Shown here: piece after piece, positions 1-8,780 of the stretch | Layout: every line of letters begins with the position of its first letter | Numbering within the stretch: position 1 is the first letter of the stretch | Translations under genes and position numbers: made by a program | Notes under the pieces: model-generated | The model's input: only the letters and a program-made list of their open reading frames with translations | Databases searched by the model: none | Told to the model about the DNA's origin: nothing | From: a phage | Sequence record: PX068455.1 | Direction: 5' to 3' (one strand) | DNA: 64,000 nt

Positions 1-128
1 GGCGGACGAAATGGGAATACTTCTCATTCTTATAACAATTCTCAAATATCAAGGCAGTGAGGCAAATTAATAGGTGAGGCCGTTCACACAGTGGCACAAC
101 ATTTGCAACCTATCTTGTGTGGAGGAAT

Positions 129-162
129 GAGAATACCTATCATTGTGAGAACCATTATCATT
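129..162. repeat. Two tandem copies of 16-bp motif GAGAAnnnnTATCATT
   Basis: gagaatacctatcatt and gagaaccattatcatt read directly; same motif recurs near 12357 and 12493. Confidence 0.5.
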
Positions 163-434
163 ACGGGCAATTTAACATAATACCCATTATGCGCACCACT
201 GGCGATACATACAGGGATTGATAACATGAGTTACTGTTTACGCATATAACAATTATATTTCTTACTATTTGTGTGGGATATAGTTAGCAACCAATAGATT
301 AGATATTGACCTGCAGACTTCTGACCGTCCAGACGTCTAAACGCCCACACACCAAGGGTTATACATACATTCCTGAATGTAAACAGGGCCGCAAAAATGC
401 TACCATACCAGTTTGTAAATTTTTCATGCAGCAC

Positions 435-546
435 TTGACAAAGAGGAGAAAAACTTGTCTGACACTTTTGCCACTTTTGACACTTTTACCTTTGACACAA
501 TGTCACACAATATGCCATAATCTGACACCTTATACACTTTCGACAC
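435..546. repeat. Cluster of imperfect direct repeats (T)TTGACAC / TGACAC
   Basis: About six copies (ttgacaa, ctgacac, tttgccac, tttgacac x2, tctgacac, ttcgacac) spaced 10-20 bp in a gene-free region. Confidence 0.5.
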
Positions 547-585
547 AATAACGACTGTTATTATTTCATGTTTCATTGTTCACGT

Positions 586-645
586 ATAGACTATTCCCGC
601 ATAGACTGTTTACGCCTGGATAGTTTACACCTTGACAGTTTACAC
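586..645. repeat. Direct repeats GTTTAC(A/G)C with TAGACT repeats
   Basis: gtttacgc, gtttacac x2 at ~15-bp spacing; two further copies near 1047 and 1090. Confidence 0.45.
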
Positions 646-663
646 AAAGATGATAAGCCATGA

Positions 664-889
664 CATTCGTTTGCATGATAACAATTAACAAGTTAATAAT
701 ATATGACATAATATAAAAGCAGGGCAACTATTAGCAGATCTATAGTTGCCTTGCTTGTTATGTCATGATTAACTAAATACAAGGCAACTATGATCTGATT
801 AATAGATTGCAGACAAACTATCACGGGGGTGATTGTTACTGCTTTTATATTATGTCGCGACTCCGTCGCGCCATGCCATTCGTTTGCAT
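664..889. repeat. Nested direct and inverted repeats (palindromic structure)
   Basis: 13-mer cattcgtttgcat at ~664 and ~877; 18-bp inverted arms gacataatataaaagcag (~705) / ctgcttttatattatgtc (~839); inner 9-bp inverted repeat ggcaactat..atagttgcc (~723-750). Confidence 0.5.
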
Positions 890-1504
890 AGTTGCCTTAT
901 TGTTACAGGTAAAACAATTACATTGTTAACTATTTCTTATCTTTCTCTTAGTCATCTAATGATTCCAGTCAGTATAGTTATGTGCAGTAAACATTAGACG
1001 ACTAAAGATTTCTCTGATTATAGTAACCTATCGTGACAATTTAGGACTGTTTACGAAAAATGTTGACACTTGAGCTGATTTATGTTATGCAGTTTACACG
1101 AATAATTATTTTATGCAGGTATTGACTATTCCGTTATTCTGTGGTTGGAATAAATACTTTGCAGGCTATAGAATGATGTGCGTACGTGAATTCTGAGATC
1201 TGGCGGCTATAGTTACACCCGATTTTTCACGTAGGACACGCTTTTGTGGTTGTGTAAGTGTATGACTTATAAGGGTTTTTAATTGTTGACAGTATACTGA
1301 AGATGTGTATCAGGTTAAATTTTGTGCAATAGTTGCATTACGTGCATTTTTGGAAGGAAAAACGTGTAAAAATGGCCCTGCTACCACACAATGAAAGATT
1401 ATGCAATAGTTATTTTCCATGTATATTTGTACAGTATGTGGGATTGATGGCTAGTCAATTATTCCACTTGCCAGGTAGGGCCGTTTATGGTAGGAGAAGA
1501 GCAG

Positions 1505-1532
1505 ACAAAAAGAAAGGGGCCTTTAAGCCCCT
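1505..1532 (-). terminator. Rho-independent terminator closing the minus-strand early array
   Basis: Hairpin aggggc-ctttaa-gcccct followed on minus strand by TTCTTTTTG; lies just 3' of the 1552 stop. Confidence 0.55.
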
Positions 1533-1551
1533 TGATAATTCAGTTAAGAAA

Positions 1552-1971
1552 TTATAATGATTCGTATATTTCAAAAATCCGATTTGCCAGGTCGTTACGG
1601 TAGCGGAATTTTTCCTCACGTTTGATCATAAGATCTTTATAGCCGTACTCTTTAAGCACTTCATTAACTTTATGGCGGCATACTTTCATATTATCCTGCG
1701 CGTCACCAATAAATCTGTTGCTATGGTGCATGGCTTTAATTTCTTCTTCCAGGACCAGGGCAACTATGCGGACCGGATCAAGCTGATAGGCGGTAACATC
1801 CATGCGGCATTGTAAACGGCTTTTTACGTCTGCCACCGGATATACTGCAACCTCTTCCCCGTCAACATTGACAATAATTAGTTTACCATCGATTTCGAAT
1901 CCTTTCGCCGCCGGACCGTGACAAAAAGCGTTATCAAAGCTATATGCCGGATTATTAGATTTAATGTTCAT
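1552..1971 (-). CDS. hypothetical protein (139 aa)
   Basis: ORF track; last gene of co-directional minus array, followed by terminator. Confidence 0.5.
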   Translation of the reverse strand: MNIKSNNPAYSFDNAFCHGPAAKGFEIDGKLIIVNVDGEEVAVYPVADVKSRLQCRMDVTAYQLDPVRIVALVLEEEIKAMHHSNRFIGDAQDNMKVCRHKVNEVLKEYGYKDLMIKREEKFRYRNDLANRIFEIYESL

Positions 1972-2115
1972 GGTGTTTTTACCTCTTAGTTAATTTTCTT
2001 ACAACTTCCCTTCAAAAAAGAATATAGCAAAACTGCCGATCCCTGTCAACCAGGGATAGCATAATTTTTATGTGATCAAGGGGCTTTATTGCCCCTGACC
2101 ATGTAACTTGTTGTA

Positions 2116-2379
2116 TTATTTGTTGCTCATCCAGTTTTCCCAAGCTGCCTGATAATCTGCCTCACTACGGCGGATCTCTTCTTGCTCTTCAAGGCGGATC
2201 TCTTCTTCCAGGTACCCCAAGATGTCAGCCTTTTTAGTCTGGCGTAGCATCCAGTCATCTTTTTTGCGAGTGAAGATCTTATAAGCTTTCTCGCAAACCT
2301 CTTTTTTGCTACCTTTCTGGACTTCAAGAACACGATAAGCCATATATTGAACTAATTTGAGCTGATCAAGACGTTTCAT
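2116..2379 (-). CDS. hypothetical protein (87 aa)
   Basis: ORF track; upstream TTGAAT-N17-TAAGAT promoter, GGGCC-aaaa-GGCCC leader hairpin, SD AAAGAGG. Confidence 0.5.
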   Translation of the reverse strand: MKRLDQLKLVQYMAYRVLEVQKGSKKEVCEKAYKIFTRKKDDWMLRQTKKADILGYLEEEIRLEEQEEIRRSEADYQAAWENWMSNK

Positions 2380-2439
2380 GATGTTTACCTCTTTGTGCGG
2401 TTCTGATTAGTGGGCCTTTTGGCCCGTGTCATTATCTTA

Positions 2440-2712
2440 TTACTTATGGCGGCAGAATTCAAGCGTTTTTAATTGATAATCTTCCTCAGCCTGGAGTACG
2501 ACCGCCTCGATCATTTCGTTGGCATTGTTAAAGCCATAACCTTTAGCGAACTCATCCGCGCCACCTTCGTGATCATGTTCTGCGTTCATCGCTTCCACAA
2601 AATGGAATTCCAAATTGTTGAGGTAGGGGCTTGATGTTCCGTCCTCTTTTTCGATGAGATCCCAAATAGCATTAAAACGTGATTCGACTTCTTGATTAAT
2701 CCAGCTTGACAT
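2440..2712 (-). CDS. hypothetical acidic protein (90 aa)
   Basis: ORF track; preceded by promoter, hairpin and SD AGGAGAGAGG. Confidence 0.5.
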   Translation of the reverse strand: MSSWINQEVESRFNAIWDLIEKEDGTSSPYLNNLEFHFVEAMNAEHDHEGGADEFAKGYGFNNANEMIEAVVLQAEEDYQLKTLEFCRHK

Positions 2713-2766
2713 AGTGTTTTCCTCTCTCCTGGTTGTTGTGTGGGCACTTTTGCCCCTTCAAGATAA

Positions 2767-2795
2767 ATGTTACCTCACCCCATGGCAGATGTCAA
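2767..2795 (-). promoter_or_regulatory. sigma70-like promoter TTGACA-N17-TAACAT
   Basis: Hexamers read on minus strand upstream of the 2712 start; coordinates approximate. Confidence 0.45.
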
Positions 2796-2826
2796 CGGTT
2801 TTTATAGTTCTTATATGACAGGCAGG

Positions 2827-2843
2827 CCCGGTGATTGTCTCCC
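2827..2843 (-). repeat. Third copy of core motif GGGAGACAAyCACCGGG (minus orientation)
   Basis: Plus strand reads cccggtgattgtctccc, the reverse complement of cores at 12321 and 12455; intergenic. Confidence 0.5.
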
Positions 2844-2929
2844 CCTGTTCCCAAGTGCCGCCCGTTTAATAAGAATAGCAAAAGGGGCCGAACAAGTCAA
2901 CCCCAAAATCAGTACCAAAACACTTTTAT

Positions 2930-3241
2930 TTATACGGTCCGATCATTGGCCTTTGTCCAGGACCTGGCGATCCGTTTCCCGGTCACCTGGAACGGAGGCT
3001 GCATTGTGTGTAATGAGTCCAGAGTAAGGGAGGACCGTTTACGGCGTATCTTCAGGATCGCTAACGTATTGTCCATCTCACGGCCAGGTCCTGGGCGGTA
3101 TGGTGTGCCTCCAGCGTTAAGGTTGATGATCTCATGTATTGAGATCCGGCGTTGTTTTGCTTCCGCATCTTTGAAGATAGCCAGCGGAGGCGCTATGCGT
3201 TGCCGATACCAATCTAAAACGGTTGGCGTAATAGCGATCAT
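2930..3241 (-). CDS. hypothetical protein (103 aa)
   Basis: ORF track; start overlaps upstream stop (ATGA coupling). Confidence 0.4.
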   Translation of the reverse strand: MIAITPTVLDWYRQRIAPPLAIFKDAEAKQRRISIHEIINLNAGGTPYRPGPGREMDNTLAILKIRRKRSSLTLDSLHTMQPPFQVTGKRIARSWTKANDRTV

Positions 3242-3429
3242 ATTTTACCCCCTATGTAGTCCGGTCGGTTTTTCTCTGTCATACGCTTAAGCAATTCTTG
3301 CATGTTGCTTATGGCTTGTAGTGTATCCTCTTCAAGGGATGAATCAAGATAATCAGGATCATTCTTCACCTTGCAATGATTATGATAACGCAGTACCGCC
3401 AGTACTTTTTTAACTTCTTCCGCTGTCAT
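3238..3429 (-). CDS. hypothetical protein (63 aa)
   Basis: ORF track; co-directional, coupled to downstream ORF. Confidence 0.45.
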   Translation of the reverse strand: MTAEEVKKVLAVLRYHNHCKVKNDPDYLDSSLEEDTLQAISNMQELLKRMTEKNRPDYIGGKI

Positions 3430-3437
3430 TATCGCGC

Positions 3438-3572
3438 CTAAAACAATGAGTTAATATATAACACCAGATCGCTGACTACCAGGACAACATTAATCAGCAC
3501 ATACCTAACCATAAAGGGAAAGATCGCCAACATTGCCGCCACGATCCCCATGGTAATAATTATCTTTCTCAT
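3438..3572 (-). CDS. small hydrophobic protein (44 aa), not in ORF track
   Basis: ATG 2 nt after upstream stop; translation MRKIIITMGIVAAMLAIFPFMVRYVLINVVLVVSDLVLYINSLF read manually; no clear SD. Confidence 0.3.
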   Translation of the reverse strand: MRKIIITMGIVAAMLAIFPFMVRYVLINVVLVVSDLVLYINSLF

Positions 3573-3574
3573 GG

Positions 3575-3859
3575 TTAACGGTTCACGTAAGTTTTCCCGT
3601 TCACGGTTATGGGCAGATCCTCCAGGTCTGGATCTTCCTTAAGGTCGCGAGCAAGCTCACCGCACCGGATACCCTCGAATCCGTAGTACTCTGTTGTGCC
3701 GTCCTTAAAAGTTTTAGCGGCAAGGCATAAGCGATAAGTAACCCCGATTTGATTGACGGCATGAATATCCGTTAGATTAACCTCTTTTGCCAGCTCTTTA
3801 GCCATTACAGGCGCATTAAGTCCAACAACCAGGGTAACCACTGCGATCATCTTTTTCAT
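3575..3859 (-). CDS. secreted protein with N-terminal signal peptide (94 aa)
   Basis: MKKMIAVVTLVVGLNAPVMA signal-peptide-like N-terminus. Confidence 0.5.
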   Translation of the reverse strand: MKKMIAVVTLVVGLNAPVMAKELAKEVNLTDIHAVNQIGVTYRLCLAAKTFKDGTTEYYGFEGIRCGELARDLKEDPDLEDLPITVNGKTYVNR

Positions 3860-3950
3860 TGTGTCTATCCTCTTTCTGCTACGTTTAAGGCGGCGGTAAC
3901 CGCCTGTTTATGCTTTGTTGGTTAATTTTCAGGTATCTGTATAAATTAAA

Positions 3951-4166
3951 CTATGCTGTACGCTCAACTATAACAACGGTTTGGGGGATCTCCCCTTCCA
4001 CCACTAGTAAGGCCTTTTTCTGCGTGATAGATATCTTTACCCGTTGCAGCGTGGCGGTGAAGTCTTTCATTTCGTCACGCGGTGTTTTAGTGCAGTACCA
4101 GATCTCAGGCTTGCCGATCTGTAAGTTGCGTAAAAATTCCGTTTTGCCTGTTTTGTTAGTGATCAT
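3951..4166 (-). CDS. hypothetical protein (71 aa)
   Basis: ORF track; consistent with minus array; antisense ORF 3910..4302 rejected. Confidence 0.45.
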   Translation of the reverse strand: MITNKTGKTEFLRNLQIGKPEIWYCTKTPRDEMKDFTATLQRVKISITQKKALLVVEGEIPQTVVIVERTA

Positions 4167-4175
4167 TTGCCAACC

Positions 4176-4280
4176 TCACCCGATACCGTTGGAAGACAAG
4201 ATCATATTAGACATGGTTGCAATCAGGCCAATACCCAGGGCAATAACCAAGATCACTGCATCGATTAATTTCTGTTTCAT
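4176..4280 (-). CDS. small membrane peptide (34 aa), not in ORF track
   Basis: MKQKLIDAVILVIALGIGLIATMSNMILSSNGIG read manually; stop 9 nt before next ATG. Confidence 0.3.
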   Translation of the reverse strand: MKQKLIDAVILVIALGIGLIATMSNMILSSNGIG

Positions 4281-4357
4281 GGTGTTTATTCTCTTCTGTT
4301 AGTAACCTTATTCATGGGGCCGCTACCACAGCCCCAGGGTAAGGCAGCTATGTGCTT

Positions 4358-4603
4358 TTAGTGTTTCATTCCAACCATCGCGGCACGGATCGCCGTAGTG
4401 CTGTACTTGAAGCCGTCCGGGGTCTTATCTTGTCCGGTTAGCTCCAGAAAAAGCATCATATCCCGCGCCGCATCATTACGATTAGCATTGGCGTTAATAA
4501 AGCCTTGGGCCAACCGGTACAATGACTCATCGTTATTAATCCAAAGGCTTACATTCCAATGAGTTTTGTTTTTGTAACCGTTATAACCTTTATTGCTTTT
4601 CAT
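4358..4603 (-). CDS. hypothetical protein (81 aa)
   Basis: ORF 4358..4684 trimmed to internal ATG (residue 28) preceded by SD AAGAGG; TTGACA-N17-CATAAT promoter and GC hairpin lie inside the longer ORF. Confidence 0.5.
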   Translation of the reverse strand: MKSNKGYNGYKNKTHWNVSLWINNDESLYRLAQGFINANANRNDAARDMMLFLELTGQDKTPDGFKYSTTAIRAAMVGMKH

Positions 4604-4690
4604 GGTGTTTACCTCTTCTTTGTTCCAGGTGGCGGACCATTCCACCGCCTTATGTATTATGCTTTGTAAGATGGCTGTTGTCAAACTATT

Positions 4691-4870
4691 TTAACGATAA
4701 TCATCGTACGCTTTATTAACCTGGCGGATATAACATTCAAAAGCCAGATCAATAGATTTATATTCACGGATATACTCACCATAGGAAACCACATACATTT
4801 CTATAGCTTCCTCATATGCGAGGAGAATAGAATCTAAGCCTACGATCTCAGTCTTTGCAATAATAGCCAT
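4691..4870 (-). CDS. hypothetical protein (59 aa), below ORF-track threshold
   Basis: ATG preceded by SD AGAGGAT; MAIIAKTEIVGLDSILLAYEEAIEMYVVSY... read manually. Confidence 0.4.
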   Translation of the reverse strand: MAIIAKTEIVGLDSILLAYEEAIEMYVVSYGEYIREYKSIDLAFECYIRQVNKAYDDYR

Positions 4871-4945
4871 GATTTTTATCCTCTTTGTAGTTGGTGGGGT
4901 TCGTTGCCCCCTTTGATTTATATATTACAGTCTTATATGGTCATG

Positions 4946-5179
4946 TCAACTATTTTCAAAAAATTTTTCTGCTGTGATATTCTTCCCGGTAGGGTTCGCT
5001 ACTTTCAAAATTTTATCATGCACTGGACGCCCAAAAGAATAAGCGCCGTACACAGTAAACCAATAATCGCCGTCAGGTTGTACTATTACTGCCGCATATG
5101 GTACGCCTTTTTCGTTTTTGCTGACAAAATAGATCACGTTGCCATTAATAGCCTCGGCGCGTTTAATTTGTTCCATCAT
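4946..5179 (-). CDS. hypothetical protein (77 aa)
   Basis: ORF track; SD AGAGAGG upstream; antisense 4904..5245 rejected. Confidence 0.5.
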   Translation of the reverse strand: MMEQIKRAEAINGNVIYFVSKNEKGVPYAAVIVQPDGDYWFTVYGAYSFGRPVHDKILKVANPTGKNITAEKFFENS

Positions 5180-5234
5180 GATGATTTGCCTCTCTTTATT
5201 TTCATAATTGGGGGCCTTTTCGGCCCCGCCAGGT

Positions 5235-5519
5235 TTATTTATTGATAGCGTGCAGCGGGAAAGCTACGCCAGGTTGATAAATAACCTTTACAACCTCATC
5301 AGGACAAAAGAAGTTGCAGAACTCACCGCAATAGGCCTCATCCTCTTTCAACTCTTCATCAACATACTCAAAAAAGTAGTCGATGCTTGGATAATCCTGG
5401 CCGTGATTATAGTCAACCATCGTTAATAATAACTCTTGATCATTCCGTAGGATGTGCATACCCGCTTTTAAGTATTTTGCTTCCATTTCTACTACATTGC
5501 CAGCGGTAACAATAGCCAT
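5235..5519 (-). CDS. hypothetical acidic protein (94 aa)
   Basis: ORF track; co-directional. Confidence 0.5.
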   Translation of the reverse strand: MAIVTAGNVVEMEAKYLKAGMHILRNDQELLLTMVDYNHGQDYPSIDYFFEYVDEELKEDEAYCGEFCNFFCPDEVVKVIYQPGVAFPLHAINK

Positions 5520-5721
5520 GATTTTAACTCCTATCTATCTGGTCAACGATTGGGGGCCTCCCCCTCGACAACTCTTATTATCCATATTGTCGGGAATGAT
5601 GCAAGTACTTCTTTAAAAATTTTTTAAGCGCCCCGTATGCCGTTGTAACGCCAAAATAATAAAGGCCATGCAACCGCATGGCCTTTATGTGATTATATTG
5701 CTGTAGGCCCTGCCTGGGGCC

Positions 5722-6072
5722 TTATTTTGCATTCTTGCCTGTATTGCCGCCACGGTACCAGCGTTTGCGGTGAAAATGGTAATAATCACCCTCGGCATTA
5801 AACATCAGATGATTTTCAATAACCAGCTTACGAAGGTGGGCCGGATCTTGTTCCATTCTTGCCAGATTCCGGCGGCTGTTACGTAAGCGTATAAATTCCA
5901 TATTCAGGCCGTTGATTGCAGCATGGATGTCAAAGTAACCACCTTTGAGACGTTCACGCATGGCGTTAAGCTCAACACAATATACAGATTTCTCACAAAT
6001 CAAGGTATTAGCTAGGGCGCGGACCTGGGCAAGGGGGTTAAGCTCATTAAGGTAATATAGTTTGACTTTCAT
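5722..6072 (-). CDS. hypothetical protein (116 aa)
   Basis: ORF track. Confidence 0.5.
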   Translation of the reverse strand: MKVKLYYLNELNPLAQVRALANTLICEKSVYCVELNAMRERLKGGYFDIHAAINGLNMEFIRLRNSRRNLARMEQDPAHLRKLVIENHLMFNAEGDYYHFHRKRWYRGGNTGKNAK

Positions 6073-6089
6073 AAAATCGCCTGCTGAAA

Positions 6090-6410
6090 TTAGTTTGAGA
6101 AAACATCGTTCACAATAGCGATCACAATGCCGCCCACCTTGTCACGGTCAGCAATGCACAAATCACCATGGATCATGCGGTAGTCTGGATGATCTTTCAC
6201 AGAATAGTCAATAAGTGTTTTCTTGTCGTCCAGCTTCGTAACTTCCATTCTCATAACGATATGAGAATCATCAAAGGCATTATTCCGAAAAGTCATAGCC
6301 TGACCGCCAGGGCACCCGGTGATCTCAACTTCCACGCCGTCTACGATCTGACCATCAAAGAAATAGAGATTATTGGCGGGTATAAACATGATCATTGCTC
6401 CTTTTTGCAC
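6090..6410 (-). CDS. hypothetical protein (106 aa)
   Basis: ORF track; preceded by SD AAAGGAG and conserved 45-bp module. Confidence 0.5.
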   Translation of the reverse strand: MQKGAMIMFIPANNLYFFDGQIVDGVEVEITGCPGGQAMTFRNNAFDDSHIVMRMEVTKLDDKKTLIDYSVKDHPDYRMIHGDLCIADRDKVGGIVIAIVNDVFSN

Positions 6411-6433
6411 TGATTATTTTAACAGGGTTTAAA

Positions 6434-6478
6434 TTTACTTTATTGATGGCCCTGGAGTCAAGGCCATCTAAAAATAAA
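6434..6478 (-). promoter_or_regulatory. Conserved 45-bp promoter/operator module, copy 1
   Basis: Identical 45-mer in 3 copies; minus strand reads TTGACT within inverted repeat GATGGCC..GGCCATC, then TAAATT 18 bp downstream. Confidence 0.5.
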
Positions 6479-6480
6479 TT

Positions 6481-6681
6481 TTACAGATCTACAATCTCTT
6501 TAATTCGTTTTACTGCTGCCTCAGCGCCTTGAGGGTAGAAATTATGATAACCAATCACGCGGGTAATACTGATCGCCGCTTGGTGGTCCTCGTAGTCGCC
6601 TTTGAATATTTCTTGACCATCAACCAGCACAGCAATTTTTTCTTCTTTTTTGAAGTTAATAACGCGGATATTGTTGCTCAT
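6481..6681 (-). CDS. hypothetical protein (66 aa)
   Basis: ORF track. Confidence 0.45.
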   Translation of the reverse strand: MSNNIRVINFKKEEKIAVLVDGQEIFKGDYEDHQAAISITRVIGYHNFYPQGAEAAVKRIKEIVDL

Positions 6682-6780
6682 TTTGTTTCTCCTTTTGGAA
6701 CTTTGTCTGTGTGGTGGGGAGTGTCTCCCCGTTGATTGTTATTATCCATATTCTGGACCGGATTGCAACACTCAGGAAGA

Positions 6781-6826
6781 AAAATTTTTTGAAAAAAGTT
6801 AGGCCCCCAGGGATCGGGGGCCGTTA
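6781..6826 (-). terminator. Rho-independent terminator
   Basis: GGCCCCC-gatccct-GGGGGCC hairpin followed on minus strand by TAACTTTTTTCAAAAAATTTTT. Confidence 0.55.
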
Positions 6827-6946
6827 TCAGTTGCTTACAGCGATAAAATACATCCCTACGCCTAACAATATTTCAAGGGCGATGATCTCAAGCCATACCA
6901 TAACACGGCGCGCCTTATCGGTGCGGGGCTTATCCTTGGTTGTCAT
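6827..6946 (-). CDS. small membrane peptide (39 aa), not in ORF track
   Basis: ATG preceded by GGGGGAG; MTTKDKPRTDKARRVMVWLEIIALEILLGVGMYFIAVSN read manually. Confidence 0.3.
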   Translation of the reverse strand: MTTKDKPRTDKARRVMVWLEIIALEILLGVGMYFIAVSN

Positions 6947-7055
6947 CGTCTCCCCCTTCCCTCCTGCTAGCAGTTACGTGGTTTGCAATGGCCCCCAGTA
7001 GTCCGATCACGACACACATCGCAAGAAAAATTATCTCTCCCGTTGTTCGATCCAT
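6930..7055 (-). CDS. small membrane peptide (41 aa), internal start of ORF 6930..7115
   Basis: Internal ATG with SD GAGAGG; hydrophobic IIFLAMCVVIGLLGAI; longer form would start at GTG without SD. Confidence 0.25.
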   Translation of the reverse strand: MDRTTGEIIFLAMCVVIGLLGAIANHVTASRREGGDDDNQG

Positions 7056-7165
7056 TGTTATAAAACCTCTCAAGATCAGGCCTAAAAGTAAATCTTTCGT
7101 TATTGAATCCGTCACGCCAGGCGGCTGGCTTCAAATCTTCACTAAATGGATTAATTAACGTGGCA

Positions 7166-7537
7166 TTATTTAAACGGTTGGCCCACATATTTTCTATTCC
7201 TCTCAAATAAGCGATCCGCCTCAGTTAAACAAATCTCATGGGCGTGATCTCTGGTTTTAGCTTCATCGAAAACCTGTTGTGCAAGGCTGCAACGTAGGGA
7301 GACTGGGAGATCACTATAATAGGCGTTGACAAACGTTTGAGCGTCGTACAGGTCTGAAAATACTTTACCCTTTCTATTATTCCCCTTGTCAACAATTGCA
7401 AGGATAACCAATACAATAGTTGCAACCACCCCCAGGAAAATAGATATAATAAACCATAAAAAGGCGGATCTCCCCATCTTGCCAGCGATCCAGGCGTTAA
7501 ACAAGGCAACCAATATAGCCAAAATAATAAATTCCAT
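7166..7537 (-). CDS. membrane protein (123 aa)
   Basis: ORF 7166..7570 trimmed to ATG (residue 12) with SD AAGAGG; two hydrophobic helices (MEFIILAILVALFNAWIAG, FLWFIISIFLGVVATIVLVILAIV). Confidence 0.5.
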   Translation of the reverse strand: MEFIILAILVALFNAWIAGKMGRSAFLWFIISIFLGVVATIVLVILAIVDKGNNRKGKVFSDLYDAQTFVNAYYSDLPVSLRCSLAQQVFDEAKTRDHAHEICLTEADRLFERNRKYVGQPFK

Positions 7538-7601
7538 TCTATGTACCTCTTTTACAGTTCTGATCAACAATAAGGCGGCAAATATGCCGCCTGTTACCTG
7601 A

Positions 7602-7982
7602 TTAAAAATTATCGCCGTAAATCTTTCCGCTTTCTACCCATACCACCACGCGAGGCATACTATCCCACACGTCTTGTTTTAGATTGAGCGCGTGCAATTC
7701 TTCGGTGGTGCTCATACCGGGCACGGGCTGATTGTATACTGCAAAACGACCACCCGCATAATCATAGGCCAGGGTTAAATCACACTGGATCATCTTTTTG
7801 ATCATGGCATTAAGCATGGCGTTAGCCGCATACTGATCACGTTTTAAAGGCAACTCTTTGATTAGTTTGCGATAGTTTTCGATATGGTCGCACACTGTTT
7901 CACGCGGAAGATCTTTCATATCTTCACGGAATGTAACCAGGTTAAACATAACGGTGTCAATAGCCTTGGTAGTGGTTTTCAT
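7602..7982 (-). CDS. hypothetical protein (126 aa)
   Basis: ORF track; own promoter and leader hairpin. Confidence 0.5.
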   Translation of the reverse strand: MKTTTKAIDTVMFNLVTFREDMKDLPRETVCDHIENYRKLIKELPLKRDQYAANAMLNAMIKKMIQCDLTLAYDYAGGRFAVYNQPVPGMSTTEELHALNLKQDVWDSMPRVVVWVESGKIYGDNF

Positions 7983-8035
7983 GATTTTATCCTCTTTGTT
8001 TTGTGTGGGGCAAGACGTTTGCCCCTTGAGTTTTT

Positions 8036-8063
8036 AATATAGCAGGTTTTTAGATTATTGCAA
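8036..8063 (-). promoter_or_regulatory. sigma70-like promoter TTGCAA-N16-TATATT
   Basis: Read on minus strand; followed by leader hairpin GGGGCAAACGTCTTGCCCC, SD AAGAGGA and the 7982 start. Confidence 0.5.
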
Positions 8064-8071
8064 CACTTTAT

Positions 8072-8695
8072 TTATGAAAAACTCATCTCCCCATATTCAT
8101 CCACATCAAACCGCCAATCATTGGCCTCGATAAGGCCGATCAAGTATTCTGCGGTGAACTGTTCTAGATAGGCCTCCTCCAGGTCTACGTAAACCTTGCG
8201 GGATAGCTCCCGTACCGTCTCGGTGATCAGTTCTTCCAGGTCTTCCACTTTGTTTTCTTGTTTGGCGGTCAGATCTAGCCAAGTGGTATCAATGTACCCG
8301 CTTACAGTGTTTTCATGGCTGTAATGGCTGTACTTGTCGCGTTCAACACTGGCTGATAACTCGCCATCGTGCATTGTGCCGAACAAGTGACGAATTGATC
8401 TGAACTTGGTCAGGGCCTTGACTTTACGCAAAAATTTTTCTAAATCCACGTTTTCAGCACTGATTGACGCGCCGTCACCCTGGCACCAAAAGCCGGACCA
8501 ATGTACTTCGGTATCTTCAAGGCCGTACTCTGGAAAAACTTGTTCTTTATAGTATTCAATTACATTTTCTGCGAAAAAATCATCCCCGCTGCGTTCTTCT
8601 CTTTCGCGGACCATTTCAATGGCTTTTTCTTTTTGTTCGTCGGTTAGCACGTCGAAAGATAAATTGTAACCTGTGGTAATGTTAACGGTGGTCAT
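8072..8695 (-). CDS. hypothetical acidic protein (207 aa)
   Basis: ORF track; high Asp/Glu content; function unknown. Confidence 0.55.
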   Translation of the reverse strand: MTTVNITTGYNLSFDVLTDEQKEKAIEMVREREERSGDDFFAENVIEYYKEQVFPEYGLEDTEVHWSGFWCQGDGASISAENVDLEKFLRKVKALTKFRSIRHLFGTMHDGELSASVERDKYSHYSHENTVSGYIDTTWLDLTAKQENKVEDLEELITETVRELSRKVYVDLEEAYLEQFTAEYLIGLIEANDWRFDVDEYGEMSFS

Positions 8696-8752
8696 GATAT
8701 TTTCTCCTGTTTTCTTTGTTAGTGGCGGGAAGTTTTCCCGCCTGTGTGTTTA

Positions 8753-8780
8753 ATTATACTTATTGAGATTTACTTGTCAA
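8753..8780 (-). promoter_or_regulatory. Consensus sigma70 promoter TTGACA-N16-TATAAT
   Basis: Perfect consensus hexamers on minus strand; -35 overlaps last codons of upstream gene; followed by hairpin GGCGGGAAAACTTCCCGCC and SD AGGAG. Confidence 0.6.

Noticed and set aside
306-551. Plus-strand ORF of 81 aa (also 231..434 minus, 1333..1557 plus) in the left non-coding region
   Set aside because: Low-complexity translations (LTLLPLLTLLPL) produced by the TGACAC repeat array; no RBS; they overlap repeats and the terminator.
1280-1297. TTGACA immediately followed by TATACT
   Set aside because: The hexamers are separated by only 1 bp, incompatible with sigma70 spacing; not called a promoter.
6967-7206. 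79-aa minus-strand ORF overlapping the end of the membrane-protein gene
   Set aside because: Asn/Arg-rich low-complexity translation, 40-nt overlap with 7166..7537 and no SD; the small peptide ORFs in the other frames fit better.
7996-8745. GC-rich hairpins in 5' leaders considered as intrinsic terminators
   Set aside because: On the transcribed strand they are followed by A/C-rich sequence and the RBS, not a U-tract; real terminators were called only where a T-run follows.
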